Shown piece by piece: positions 33,438 through 41,007 of a stretch of 41,007 bases of DNA. The stretch covers positions 1-41,007 of the forward strand of contig DATIWM010000232.1 of assembly GCA_035519355.1 (NCBI GenBank), written 5' to 3'. Positions within the stretch are counted from its first letter, which is position 1; each line of letters begins with the position of its first letter. Position numbers and translations under genes: made by a program. This DNA is from Thermoanaerobaculia bacterium (GTDB lineage: Bacteria; Acidobacteriota; Thermoanaerobaculia; UBA5066). Below the pieces are notes generated by a model. It was not told the origin of the DNA and made no database searches. It worked only from the letters and a program-made list of their open reading frames with translations.

Positions 33438-33471
33438 CTTACGCCCTCCCTTCCGATAGACTTCGCCCGCT

Positions 33472-34821
33472 CTGGACGCGCGCGACCTTCTGACCGAGCT
33501 GTATCGCGCCGCCGTCGCCGCCGTCGAGCCGGGCCGGCTCGTCCGCGAGGCCGTCGGGCGGCGCGGGGACGCTCTCCGCGTCCGGTCTCTCTCGTCGCGG
33601 ACTCAGCGGGAGTTCGTCTTCGTCCCCGCGCGGGTCGCCGTCCTCTCGGTCGGGAAGGCCGCCATGCCCATGGCCCGGGCGGCGCACGACGCTCTCGGCT
33701 CGCGGATCGACGAGATGATCGTCGTGGCGCCGTCGTACGAGCCCGGGGCCGGCCTGCCGCCGGGCGCGCGCCTCATCCGCGCGGGACACCCGGTTCCTGA
33801 CGAAGGAAGTCTCGCCGCGGGCGCAGCGGCGCTCTCGCTCGCGGCGAAAGTCCGGCCGGACGATCTCCTGATGGTCCTCCTCTCGGGGGGGGGCTCCAGC
33901 CTGATGGTCGCGCCCGCGGAGGGACTCTCCCTCGCCGACAAGGTGCGGGCGATCACCCTCCTGATGGCCGCCGGGGCCCCGATCGGCGAGATCAACGCCG
34001 TCCGGGGCGCCCTGTCGCGCGTGAAGGCGGGACGGCTCTCGGCCGCCTGCGGCGGCGCCGAAGTCGTCACGCTCGTCCTCTCGGACCTCGGCGACGACGG
34101 CTGGCACCTCGTCGCCTCGGGGCCGACGCTCGGGATCCGGCCCTCCCCGGGCGCCGCGCTCGCGATCCTCGACCGTTACCGGGTCACGCCCCTTCTTCCG
34201 CCGGCCGTCCGGGCCCTCCTGGCCCTGCCACCCCTCCCCTCCTCCGGACGCCCGCCCGGAGTGCGCTGGAGCGTCCTCCTCGCCGACATCCGGACGGCGC
34301 TCGAGGGGGCCCGGCTTTGCGCCCTCCGGCTCGGCGCCGACGCCCGCGTCGTTCCGGAGCTCCTCTCGGGCGAGGCGCGCAGCGCCGCCCGGCGCCTCGC
34401 GGTCGCCGGCGCCTCGGCGGGACACCTGTGGCGGCGCGGCAGCGGCCGTCCCCTCGTCACGCTCTTCGGCGGCGAGACCACCGTCACCGTAAAAGGGCCG
34501 GGACATGGCGGCCGCAACCGGGAGCTGGCCCTCGCGACGGCCCTGCACCTGCGCGGCGCCACGGGCGCCTCGGCGCTCGTGGCCGGCACCGACGGCGTGG
34601 ACCACGAGAGCGACGCCGCGGGCGCCTTCGTCGACGACACGACGGTCGACCGCGCCGAGGCCGCCGGGCTCGACCCGTGGAAGGCGCTCAGGGACAACGA
34701 TACGGGCCCGTTCTTCGCCGCCCTCTCCGACGCGTTCTCTCCCGGTCCGACCGGAACGAACGTCGGCGACGTCGCCTTCGTCCTCGCCCCCGGCCGGGAC
34801 GCCGGGACGGCGGGGGACTAA
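33472..34821 (+). CDS. Glycerate 2-kinase / hydroxypyruvate reductase family (DUF4147 plus MOFRL domains)
   Basis: Track ORF 33664..34821 carries VGKAAMPMARAA, AGHPVPDE, LLSGGGSSLM, INAVRGALSRVKAGRL, GGETTVTV and GGRNRELAL. The conserved N-terminal domain continues in frame upstream (LDARDLLTELYRAAVAAVEPGRLVREAV). That frame opens after TAG at 33457-33459 and contains only CTG as a possible start (33472). Confidence 0.8.
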   Translation: MDARDLLTELYRAAVAAVEPGRLVREAVGRRGDALRVRSLSSRTQREFVFVPARVAVLSVGKAAMPMARAAHDALGSRIDEMIVVAPSYEPGAGLPPGARLIRAGHPVPDEGSLAAGAAALSLAAKVRPDDLLMVLLSGGGSSLMVAPAEGLSLADKVRAITLLMAAGAPIGEINAVRGALSRVKAGRLSAACGGAEVVTLVLSDLGDDGWHLVASGPTLGIRPSPGAALAILDRYRVTPLLPPAVRALLALPPLPSSGRPPGVRWSVLLADIRTALEGARLCALRLGADARVVPELLSGEARSAARRLAVAGASAGHLWRRGSGRPLVTLFGGETTVTVKGPGHGGRNRELALATALHLRGATGASALVAGTDGVDHESDAAGAFVDDTTVDRAEAAGLDPWKALRDNDTGPFFAALSDAFSPGPTGTNVGDVAFVLAPGRDAGTAGD

Positions 34822-34839
34822 GATAGCCGTCCGACTCCC

Positions 34840-35316
34840 ATGACGGCGTTTCTGATCGTCGAAGACGGCGGAGGGAAGAAACACGAGATCGTCGGACGCG
34901 CCGTCATCGGCCGCGACGCGGACTGCGAGATCCAGCTCCTGAACCTCTCCGTCTCCCGCAAGCACGCGGAGATCCAAGAGACCGCCTCCGGCTGGGCCCT
35001 GAAGGACCTCGCCAGCGTGAACGGGACCTTTCTCCGGGGAAAGAAGATCCACGACTCCGTTCTCCAGGGCGGCGACGAGCTCCGCTTCGGGGACGTCAAG
35101 GCCGTCTTCCGCGTCGAGGAGAGACGGGCCGAGGTCAGCGGCACCGGAAAGCTCCTGCAGACGCTCTCGGTCAAGCCGGTGCGCCGGGCGCGTCCGGTGG
35201 CGGTCGTCGTCGTCACGCTGGTCGGCATCGCCCTTCTCGTCGCGGCGACCGTCTGGTCGAGGCAGTGCGGCGGAGGCCACAAGGCGCCCGCCGCCGTCAC
35301 CGACGCGCCCCGCTGA
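34840..35316 (+). CDS. FHA-domain protein with C-terminal membrane anchor
   Basis: The FHA core is VIGRDADCEIQLLNLSVSRKHAEI...WALKDLASVNGTFLRGKKI. The C-terminal TM helix is VAVVVVTLVGIALLVAATVW. Confidence 0.85.
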   Translation: MTAFLIVEDGGGKKHEIVGRAVIGRDADCEIQLLNLSVSRKHAEIQETASGWALKDLASVNGTFLRGKKIHDSVLQGGDELRFGDVKAVFRVEERRAEVSGTGKLLQTLSVKPVRRARPVAVVVVTLVGIALLVAATVWSRQCGGGHKAPAAVTDAPR

Positions 35317-35337
35317 GGCGGCGGTCGCGGGGCGCTT

Positions 35338-36759
35338 CTATCTCGGCGCCACCTCGAGCCGCCGGTCGAGCCGGAACGTCCCGACGCCCGCGGGCGTGAG
35401 GATCAGGAGGGCGCCGGCGTAGCCGGGGACGAGGAGCTCTCCTTCGGGCATCCAGGCCTTCACCTCGAGCGAGAGCTGCTCGGGCGACAGGAGCAGATTG
35501 CCGCCCTCGTCGGCGCGCTTCCTCTCGCGAAGCCGCGCGAGCGTCCCGCGCCATCCCTCCTCGCCCCCGGGCGGCGCCGGAACGAGGACGCTCCCTTTCG
35601 CCCTGATCTCCTCCTTTCCCCTGAAGGTCGAGAGATCGCCCATCTCCACGACGCCGGGATGCCCGCTCCCCGCCGGCCCGCCGAAAGAACGCGGGCGGAG
35701 GAGGGCCACGTCGGCGAGGTACGGGGGAAGGCCGCTGCCGTTCGCAACGCGCGCCTCCCGGACGAGGACGTCGAAGAGCCCTTCGCGCACGAGGGCCGGG
35801 ATCGCGTCGTACGCCTTCGGATCCACCTCCGCGAGCGAGCCGTCGGCCAGCGCCTGGAGCGAGCGGAGGATCGCGACGAAGTTGAGACGGACGAGCGTCC
35901 CCGCCTCGTCGGGCGCACCGGCCCCGCCCGTCTCGATCAGCAGCGTCGCCGTTCCCCAGCGCGTCATCGCGTCCCCGAACGCGCGCGCCGTGTAGTCCGC
36001 GTCGTACCGGGCGATCTTTCCGGCGGCCCAGGGCGCCAGGTCGTCGCGCAGGAAGACGGCGAGCCGCTTCGTCGTCCGTCGCCCCTCGTTTTCGGTCAGC
36101 GCCTCGTCGAACGGCACGGAGAGAACCGCGAGCGCCACCTGCTCCCCGTTCTTTCCGGCGAGCGTCAGCGGTTCCTGGTTGTGGAGGTTGTAGCCGACCG
36201 CCGGCTGGAAGCGATCCCGGACGTTCTTGAGGTAGCGCCCTTCCGGCGTCTGGAGCCGGAGCGCGTCGCGGTTGATGTCGATCCCCTGGGCGTTCCGCCG
36301 GGTCGCCCGCTCCGCCCCGTCCGGATTCAGCATCGGAAGGAGGTAGAGCGTCACGCCCGAAAGGAGGCGCTTCACCGCCCCGCTCCCCCGGTTCTTCCCG
36401 AGATAGGCGAGGACGTCGAGCAGAGCGCTCGTCGCGGTCGGCTCGTCGCCGTGCATCTGCGACCAGAGGAGGACGCCCAAGGGGCCGCTCCCGAGCGAGA
36501 GGACCGTGAGCTTCCGCCCCTCGCCCGAGCGTCCCTCGTCCACGACGGTGAAGAGGCCGGGATAGTCCCGCCCCAGCGTGTCGAGGACGGCCTGAAGCCG
36601 GGCGCTCCGGAGCGACCAGGGGTCGGACGGCGAGACGCGCACCGACGGCCAGGCCGTCCAGAGTCCGGCCGCGGTGAAGCTCTCGGGCGGCGCGGCGGCC
36701 AGGGGGAACGCCCTGCCCAGGAGCGCGATGGAGAACGCGGCGAGGAGCTGTTTCATCAC
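35338..36759 (-). CDS. M14-family zinc carboxypeptidase, secreted
   Basis: Signal peptide (MKQLLAAFSIALLGRAFPLAAA). Zinc ligand motif HxxE (SQMHGDEPT), plus LPMLNPDG and DINRD. The start is GTG at 36759 or the adjacent ATG at 36756. Confidence 0.8.
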   Translation of the reverse strand: MMKQLLAAFSIALLGRAFPLAAAPPESFTAAGLWTAWPSVRVSPSDPWSLRSARLQAVLDTLGRDYPGLFTVVDEGRSGEGRKLTVLSLGSGPLGVLLWSQMHGDEPTATSALLDVLAYLGKNRGSGAVKRLLSGVTLYLLPMLNPDGAERATRRNAQGIDINRDALRLQTPEGRYLKNVRDRFQPAVGYNLHNQEPLTLAGKNGEQVALAVLSVPFDEALTENEGRRTTKRLAVFLRDDLAPWAAGKIARYDADYTARAFGDAMTRWGTATLLIETGGAGAPDEAGTLVRLNFVAILRSLQALADGSLAEVDPKAYDAIPALVREGLFDVLVREARVANGSGLPPYLADVALLRPRSFGGPAGSGHPGVVEMGDLSTFRGKEEIRAKGSVLVPAPPGGEEGWRGTLARLRERKRADEGGNLLLSPEQLSLEVKAWMPEGELLVPGYAGALLILTPAGVGTFRLDRRLEVAPR

Positions 36760-36846
36760 ACCTCTGACATTCCGGGCATCGATCGGACAGTCCGATTCTC
36801 CGTCAGCCGCCCGCCGGGAGGCGGGCCATAATCTCCGTAAACGCGC

Positions 36847-39459
36847 ATGGCGCTTTCCAGTGGGTCACGCCTCGGCCCGTACGAGATTCTGGCCACGCTC
36901 GGGGCGGGCGGCATGGGCGAGGTCTGGAGGGCCCGGGACACGCGCCTCGGACGCGAAGTGGCCCTGAAGGTCCTCCCCGAGGCTTTCGTCGACGACCGCG
37001 AGCGGATCTCGCGCTTTCAGCGCGAGGCGCAGCTCCTCGCCGCCTTCAACCACCCGAACATCGCCGCGATCTACAGCTTCGAGAACGTGGAGGGGATGCA
37101 GCTCCTCGTCATGGAGATGGTGCCGGGCGAGACGCTCAAGCAGCTTCTCGCGGGCGGTCCGCTCGGCGTGTCGCGCGCACTCGCCGTCGCGCGGCAGGTG
37201 GCCGAGGCCCTCGACGCGGCGCACGGCAAGGGGATTCTCCACCGCGACCTGAAGCCCGCCAACGTGAAGGTCACCCCCGAGGGAAAGGTCAAGCTCCTCG
37301 ATTTCGGCCTCGCCAAGGCCTTCGCCCCCGGGCCGAATGCGTCCGACATCTCCGAGTTCCCCACGCTCGACACGGGCGCCACGCGGCAGGGGATGGTGCT
37401 CGGGACCGCTCCGTACATGAGCCCCGAACAGGCTCGCGGCAGGCCGCTCGACTGGCGAACCGACGTCTGGGCGTTCGGATGCCTCCTCTACGAGATGCTC
37501 GCGGGAAAGAGGGCGTTCACCGGGGAGTCGCCGTCGGACATCCTCGTAGCCATCCTCGACAAGGCACCCGATTTCGCGGCCCTTCCCCTCGACACGCCGC
37601 CGCAGATCCTGGACCTCATTCACGAATGCCTCGCGAAGAACCGCGATGAACGGACCCCCGACCTCGCCCACGCCCGCCAGGCCATCGACGCCGTCCTGGA
37701 AGGTCGCACCACGTTCGTTCCCTCGAGCGGCGCTTCGATGTCGGCCCGGATCCGTCGCCGGCCCGGCCTGTACGCGACGACGGGCGCCCTCGCGGCCGTC
37801 GCCGCCGCGGCCCTTCTCTACCTGACGTTCAAGGGACGGGACACGACGGCCCTGCCGGCCTCGAAACTCCTCGCCATCCTCCCCGCCACCGACCTCACGG
37901 GCCGCCAGGACGGCCGCCAGCTCTGCGACGGCGTGTCGTTCAGCCTCGGCGTGAAGCTTCAGAACGTTCCGGGGCTGGCCGTCATGCGCCCCTCCGGTCC
38001 GGCGATGCTCAAGGAGACCGACCCGTCGAAGTGGGCACGCGACACGGGAGCCAACCTCCTCCTCCAGCCCGCCGTCCGCCAGATGGGAGACCAGCGCCAG
38101 CTCTCGTTCTCCGTCTCCCTCGCCGGCTCGCCGGTCCAGATCGCCGCCGACGAGGTGACAGGGCCGGCCTCCGACCACTTCCGTCTCGAGGAGCAGCTGA
38201 CCCGGAAGCTCATCTCGGCCCTGCAGGTCCATCTGGCCGGCGGCGTCTCCGCTGCGACCCCCGCCTCTCCGGCCGTATCGCCCGGCCCCGCGCAGACCGA
38301 CTACGTCGTGGCGCTCGGCTACCTCGAGCGGTACGACGACAGGGATTCCGTCGACAAGGCGATCGACCTTCTCTCGAAAATTCCCGGCGGGCAGAACTCC
38401 GCCCTCGTGCAGGCGACGCTCGGGCGCGCCTACCTCGCGTCGTACGACCTCTCCCAGGACGTGTCCACGGCCGAACTCGCCAAGAAGACCGCCGAGCGCG
38501 CCATCGCGCTCGATCCGAGGCTGCCCGAAGCCCAGGTCACGCTCGGCCGGATCCTGACGGCGACCGGCGAGCCGGAAAAAGCGGTCGACCTCGTCCGGAA
38601 GGCACTCGAGAAACGGCCGGACGACGCGGAAGGCGTTCGCGCGCTGGCTTTTGCGCTGAACAAGGCCGGACGGCTCGCCGAGGCGGAAAGCGCTTTCCGG
38701 CGGGTCGTCGAGCTGAAACCGCGGGCCTGGAGCGCCTACAGCGCGCTCGGTTATTTCTATTTCAACGCTCATCAGCTTCAAAAGGCGATCGACGCGTACC
38801 AACGGGGGATCGAGCTGAATCCGGACGTCGCGCGTCTTTACGACAATCTCGGGGCCGCGTACATGCGCAGCCGTCGATACGGCGAAGCCGAGAAGGCTTT
38901 TCAGCGCTCGAACGACATCGCGCCGCAGCCGACCGGTCTCTGCAATCTCGGAACGCTCTACTACATCCAGGGGAGATACCGGGAGGCGGCTGACGCCTTC
39001 AGCCGGGCCGTCCGGCTCAACCCGCTCGACTACTGGAACCACAAGTCCCTGGCGGACGCCCTTTTCCGCCTGCCGGCCGAGAGCGGCCGGGCGAAGGGCG
39101 AGTTCGAGGAAGCGATCCGTCTCGCCCGCGAAACTCTCCGCGTCGATCCGAAGAGCGGCGAGGCCTATGCGGCCATCGGGGCCGCGCTGGCGAAGACGAA
39201 GGGCCCGGCTTCCGGCCTCGACGAGATTCGCCGGGCGCTCTCCCTCGAGCCCGACAACCCCGTGGTCCTGCAGTGCGCGGCCCTCGTCTACGCCTCCGCC
39301 GGAAAGGCGGACGAGGCCCTCGATGCGATCGATCGAGCTCTCACGGACGGACTCAGTATCGACGAGATCGAGACCGAGCCCGATTTCGCTCCTCTTCATA
39401 CCGACAGCCGATTCCGAATCATCCTGGAAAAGCACCGGAGCCGAAAGGAGACATCATGA
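36847..39459 (+). CDS. Hanks-type Ser/Thr protein kinase with transmembrane segment and C-terminal TPR repeats
   Basis: Kinase motifs are present: LGAGGMGEVW, VALKVL, HRDLKPANV, DFGLAK and YMSPEQ. The TM helix is LYATTGALAAVAAAALLYL. Multiple TPR-like repeats follow (for example AYSALGYFYFNAHQLQKAIDAYQRGIELNPD). Confidence 0.9.
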   Translation: MALSSGSRLGPYEILATLGAGGMGEVWRARDTRLGREVALKVLPEAFVDDRERISRFQREAQLLAAFNHPNIAAIYSFENVEGMQLLVMEMVPGETLKQLLAGGPLGVSRALAVARQVAEALDAAHGKGILHRDLKPANVKVTPEGKVKLLDFGLAKAFAPGPNASDISEFPTLDTGATRQGMVLGTAPYMSPEQARGRPLDWRTDVWAFGCLLYEMLAGKRAFTGESPSDILVAILDKAPDFAALPLDTPPQILDLIHECLAKNRDERTPDLAHARQAIDAVLEGRTTFVPSSGASMSARIRRRPGLYATTGALAAVAAAALLYLTFKGRDTTALPASKLLAILPATDLTGRQDGRQLCDGVSFSLGVKLQNVPGLAVMRPSGPAMLKETDPSKWARDTGANLLLQPAVRQMGDQRQLSFSVSLAGSPVQIAADEVTGPASDHFRLEEQLTRKLISALQVHLAGGVSAATPASPAVSPGPAQTDYVVALGYLERYDDRDSVDKAIDLLSKIPGGQNSALVQATLGRAYLASYDLSQDVSTAELAKKTAERAIALDPRLPEAQVTLGRILTATGEPEKAVDLVRKALEKRPDDAEGVRALAFALNKAGRLAEAESAFRRVVELKPRAWSAYSALGYFYFNAHQLQKAIDAYQRGIELNPDVARLYDNLGAAYMRSRRYGEAEKAFQRSNDIAPQPTGLCNLGTLYYIQGRYREAADAFSRAVRLNPLDYWNHKSLADALFRLPAESGRAKGEFEEAIRLARETLRVDPKSGEAYAAIGAALAKTKGPASGLDEIRRALSLEPDNPVVLQCAALVYASAGKADEALDAIDRALTDGLSIDEIETEPDFAPLHTDSRFRIILEKHRSRKETS

Positions 39460-39950
39460 CCGAAAACCGGACTCCGTTCCCGAAGCTGGCCGTATTTGCC
39501 GTCGCCGGATTGATCGTTGGATACCTTCTTGCTGGCCTTCTGAAACCATCGGCGCCGGTTCAACCCTCTGAAAATGAGAGAAGTAAAGAGCGAATTGCAA
39601 CGATCCAGCTCGTTCAGGATCCGAGCGGACAGATCACCGGGATTCTCGATCCGGTTTCAGACGACCAGCAGTCGCAGGGGCGAGAAATAGCACTCAGTAG
39701 GAATGGTGGCCACTATGCGCATTGGGTGACGAATCCGCCGTGGGTAGACGTCACGCTCGAGATCGGTATCAAGAAGGATTCCGAGAATCCCTTCTCCGGA
39801 CCCTTCGAGAAACACGGCAGACATCTCTTCTCCGCGAAAGTCCGACCTGACGCCGCGTTGGGGTCGCAGTACAAGTACTGGGTGAAGGTCCACGACAACA
39901 AGACCGGAATGGACTGGCCTCTCGACCCGATCATCCGCGTCGTTCCCTGA
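39456..39950 (+). CDS. Membrane-anchored hypothetical protein (164 aa), compositionally atypical
   Basis: Track ORF 39273..39950 trimmed to the ATG at 39456. That ATG overlaps the kinase stop (ATGA), with AAGGAG 5 nt upstream. An N-terminal TM helix (LAVFAVAGLIVGYLLAGLL) is followed by a probable beta-rich domain (YKYWVKVHDNKTGMDWPLDPIIRV). I recognise no family. Confidence 0.65.
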   Translation: MTENRTPFPKLAVFAVAGLIVGYLLAGLLKPSAPVQPSENERSKERIATIQLVQDPSGQITGILDPVSDDQQSQGREIALSRNGGHYAHWVTNPPWVDVTLEIGIKKDSENPFSGPFEKHGRHLFSAKVRPDAALGSQYKYWVKVHDNKTGMDWPLDPIIRVVP

Positions 39951-39968
39951 GCCGCCGCCGTCCGCCGG

Positions 39969-41007
39969 TCAGTTTCGCGGCGCAGAAGCGGCTCCCTCGG
40001 CGGGCGCCGTCGAGAGCCGGATCACGGCGGTCCCGTCGGGGGACGGAATCACGACGCCGAGTCCCTGCTCCTGGAGGCTGCGGCCCGACTCGACGCCGCG
40101 GCCGAGGCCGCCAGCCAGCGTTCCGGCCCCCCGGCCGCCTTCGCAGACGATGTCGATCGTCGCGGCGGCCGGAAGGCCGCGAGGGAAGAGCGTCGATTCG
40201 GGCGGCGTGTCCTGTCCCCGGAAGGCCAGGAGGACTCCTTCGCCCCGCTCGGCGTCCCAGCTCAGGATGCCGTCCCATCCGTTCCAGGCGGGAGGGCCGA
40301 GGACGTGGGTGACCGTGCCGTCGCGAAGGACCGGCCGAAGCTCCTTAAAGAGGGCGATCGCGTCCCGCGCCGCCGCCGTCGTCGCGTCGTCCCACGCTGT
40401 GGGAGAGCCCATGAGAAGCAGAGGTCCTCCCGGGAGCCCGCTGGTAAAGCGGTAAGCGGGGGGCGTGCCGTCGTCTCCGATGTACTTTCCGGCGTAGCGC
40501 GGCGGGAGGACGTACGTGGCTCCGTAGGCGCCCCGCCGGCCGGTCACGGCGCTGTTCAAGTCGGAGGTGTTCGACGTGTCGTGCCGCCGGACCATCCCGA
40601 AGTCGATCATGCTGCCGCCGTTCCAGCAGTTCTCGATGACGAGCTTCGGGTGTCGTCGCCGGATTTCGTCGAGGATGGCGTAGTAACCCGCCGTCGTGGC
40701 CCATTCGCCGTCCCCGGCCTGGTGACCGTGGGATTCGCTGGTGCACGGGGCGATGACGGCGAAGTCGTGGAGAAGCCAGTCGACCCCGTACTCCGTCACG
40801 ACGCGGTCGATCTCCGAGATCACCCAGGAGCGGACGTCCGGATTTCCGAGACAGAGGACGACGGTGCCGAAGTCGCCCGGAAGGGGCTGGCCGCCGGCCG
40901 TCGCCACCCAGTCGGGGTGCGTCCGGACGACTTCGGTCCGGGGGTCGGCCACGCCGAACGCCATCCAGAGTCCGAACCTCAGGCCGCGCGCGTGGGCGCG
41001 ATCCGAG
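39969..41007 (-). CDS. Alpha-galactosidase-like glycoside hydrolase (clan GH-D, GH36-like), N-terminus outside window
   Basis: Track ORF 39969..40964. The frame stays open upstream to the window edge and reads ...GLRFGLWMAFGVADP...HPDW, the GH36 G-x-K/R-FGLW...HPDW pattern. The ATG at 40964 is therefore internal. Confidence 0.6.
   Translation of the reverse strand, partial: SDRAHARGLRFGLWMAFGVADPRTEVVRTHPDWVATAGGQPLPGDFGTVVLCLGNPDVRSWVISEIDRVVTEYGVDWLLHDFAVIAPCTSESHGHQAGDGEWATTAGYYAILDEIRRRHPKLVIENCWNGGSMIDFGMVRRHDTSNTSDLNSAVTGRRGAYGATYVLPPRYAGKYIGDDGTPPAYRFTSGLPGGPLLLMGSPTAWDDATTAAARDAIALFKELRPVLRDGTVTHVLGPPAWNGWDGILSWDAERGEGVLLAFRGQDTPPESTLFPRGLPAAATIDIVCEGGRGAGTLAGGLGRGVESGRSLQEQGLGVVIPSPDGTAVIRLSTAPAEGAASAPRN

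Noticed and set aside
27357-33800. 2147-aa uninterrupted plus-strand ORF spanning 6.4 kb
   Set aside because: The translation is Arg/Pro/Gly/Asp low-complexity with no recognisable motifs. It is antisense to three well-supported minus-strand genes and out of frame with the plus-strand GT4 gene. It is a typical stop-poor shadow frame in about 70% GC DNA.
36865-39435. 856-aa minus-strand ORF antisense to the Ser/Thr kinase. The same applies to 33439..35280, 20552..22129, 17352..18941 and 8110..10200.
   Set aside because: All are mirror frames of genes with clear catalytic motifs. Their composition is dominated by Arg/Gly/Glu/Pro, and no motifs are present.
38300-39455. Slightly lower GC in the TPR-encoding 3' part of the kinase gene
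   Set aside because: The drop looks modest. It is explained by the Tyr/Asn/Lys/Phe-rich TPR consensus, and the reading frame and domain continuity are intact. Only the downstream orphan (39456-39950) seems a genuine outlier.
1-41007. Scan for tRNA/rRNA genes, CRISPR repeats, IS elements, integrases and prophage or defence genes
   Set aside because: The largest non-coding gaps are 156, 87 and 84 nt. None shows cloverleaf-like structure or spaced direct repeats beyond the MraZ boxes. No transposase, integrase or nuclease-type translations were seen in any frame.

Overview
High-GC bacterial chromosomal window (about 70% GC by eye; line 20041-20100 hand-counts to 44/60). It is gene-dense, with many GTG/TTG starts and 4-nt start/stop overlaps. 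I found no rRNA, tRNA, CRISPR array, transposase or integrase. Gene content is Acidobacteriota-like, but that is only an impression.

Layout:
- 1-3775: head of the dcw cell-division cluster on the minus strand (mraZ-rsmH-ftsL-ftsI), with a clear four-box MraZ operator and a candidate promoter.
- 3811-11046: RNase D, then on the minus strand mfd, a parvulin lipoprotein, and a SurA-like chaperone fused to an outer-membrane beta-barrel.
- 11097-16470: two small envelope proteins and a 1403-aa secreted protein built from about 14-15 tandem CarboxypepD_reg-like domains.
- 16541-27140: the most interesting part. Ten same-strand, largely translationally coupled genes encode an HPr-kinase-like P-loop protein, two B12-binding radical SAM enzymes, four different class I SAM methyltransferases, an MtaD-like amidohydrolase, a GT-C membrane glycosyltransferase and an orphan protein with a flavin-reductase-like domain.
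- 27135-33437: flanking GT9 and GT4 glycosyltransferases, then a minus-strand unit of a DUF883-like protein, a POT peptide transporter and a three-part fusion (PF14907 nucleotidyltransferase, GGxF decapeptide repeats, GT-A domain).
- 33472-41007: glycerate kinase, FHA protein, M14 carboxypeptidase, Ser/Thr kinase with TPR repeats, a low-GC orphan coupled to the kinase, and a partial clan GH-D glycosidase.

I do not recognise the 16.5-31.8 kb region as any characterised pathway. HprK-like and PF14907 proteins often accompany RiPP clusters, but no precursor, RRE/PqqD or cyclase is visible, and the glycosyltransferases point equally to an envelope glycan or lipid.

All functional calls come from motif recognition in the translations. 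No database search was possible. The many very long Arg/Pro/Gly-rich ORFs in the track are high-GC shadow frames and were rejected.
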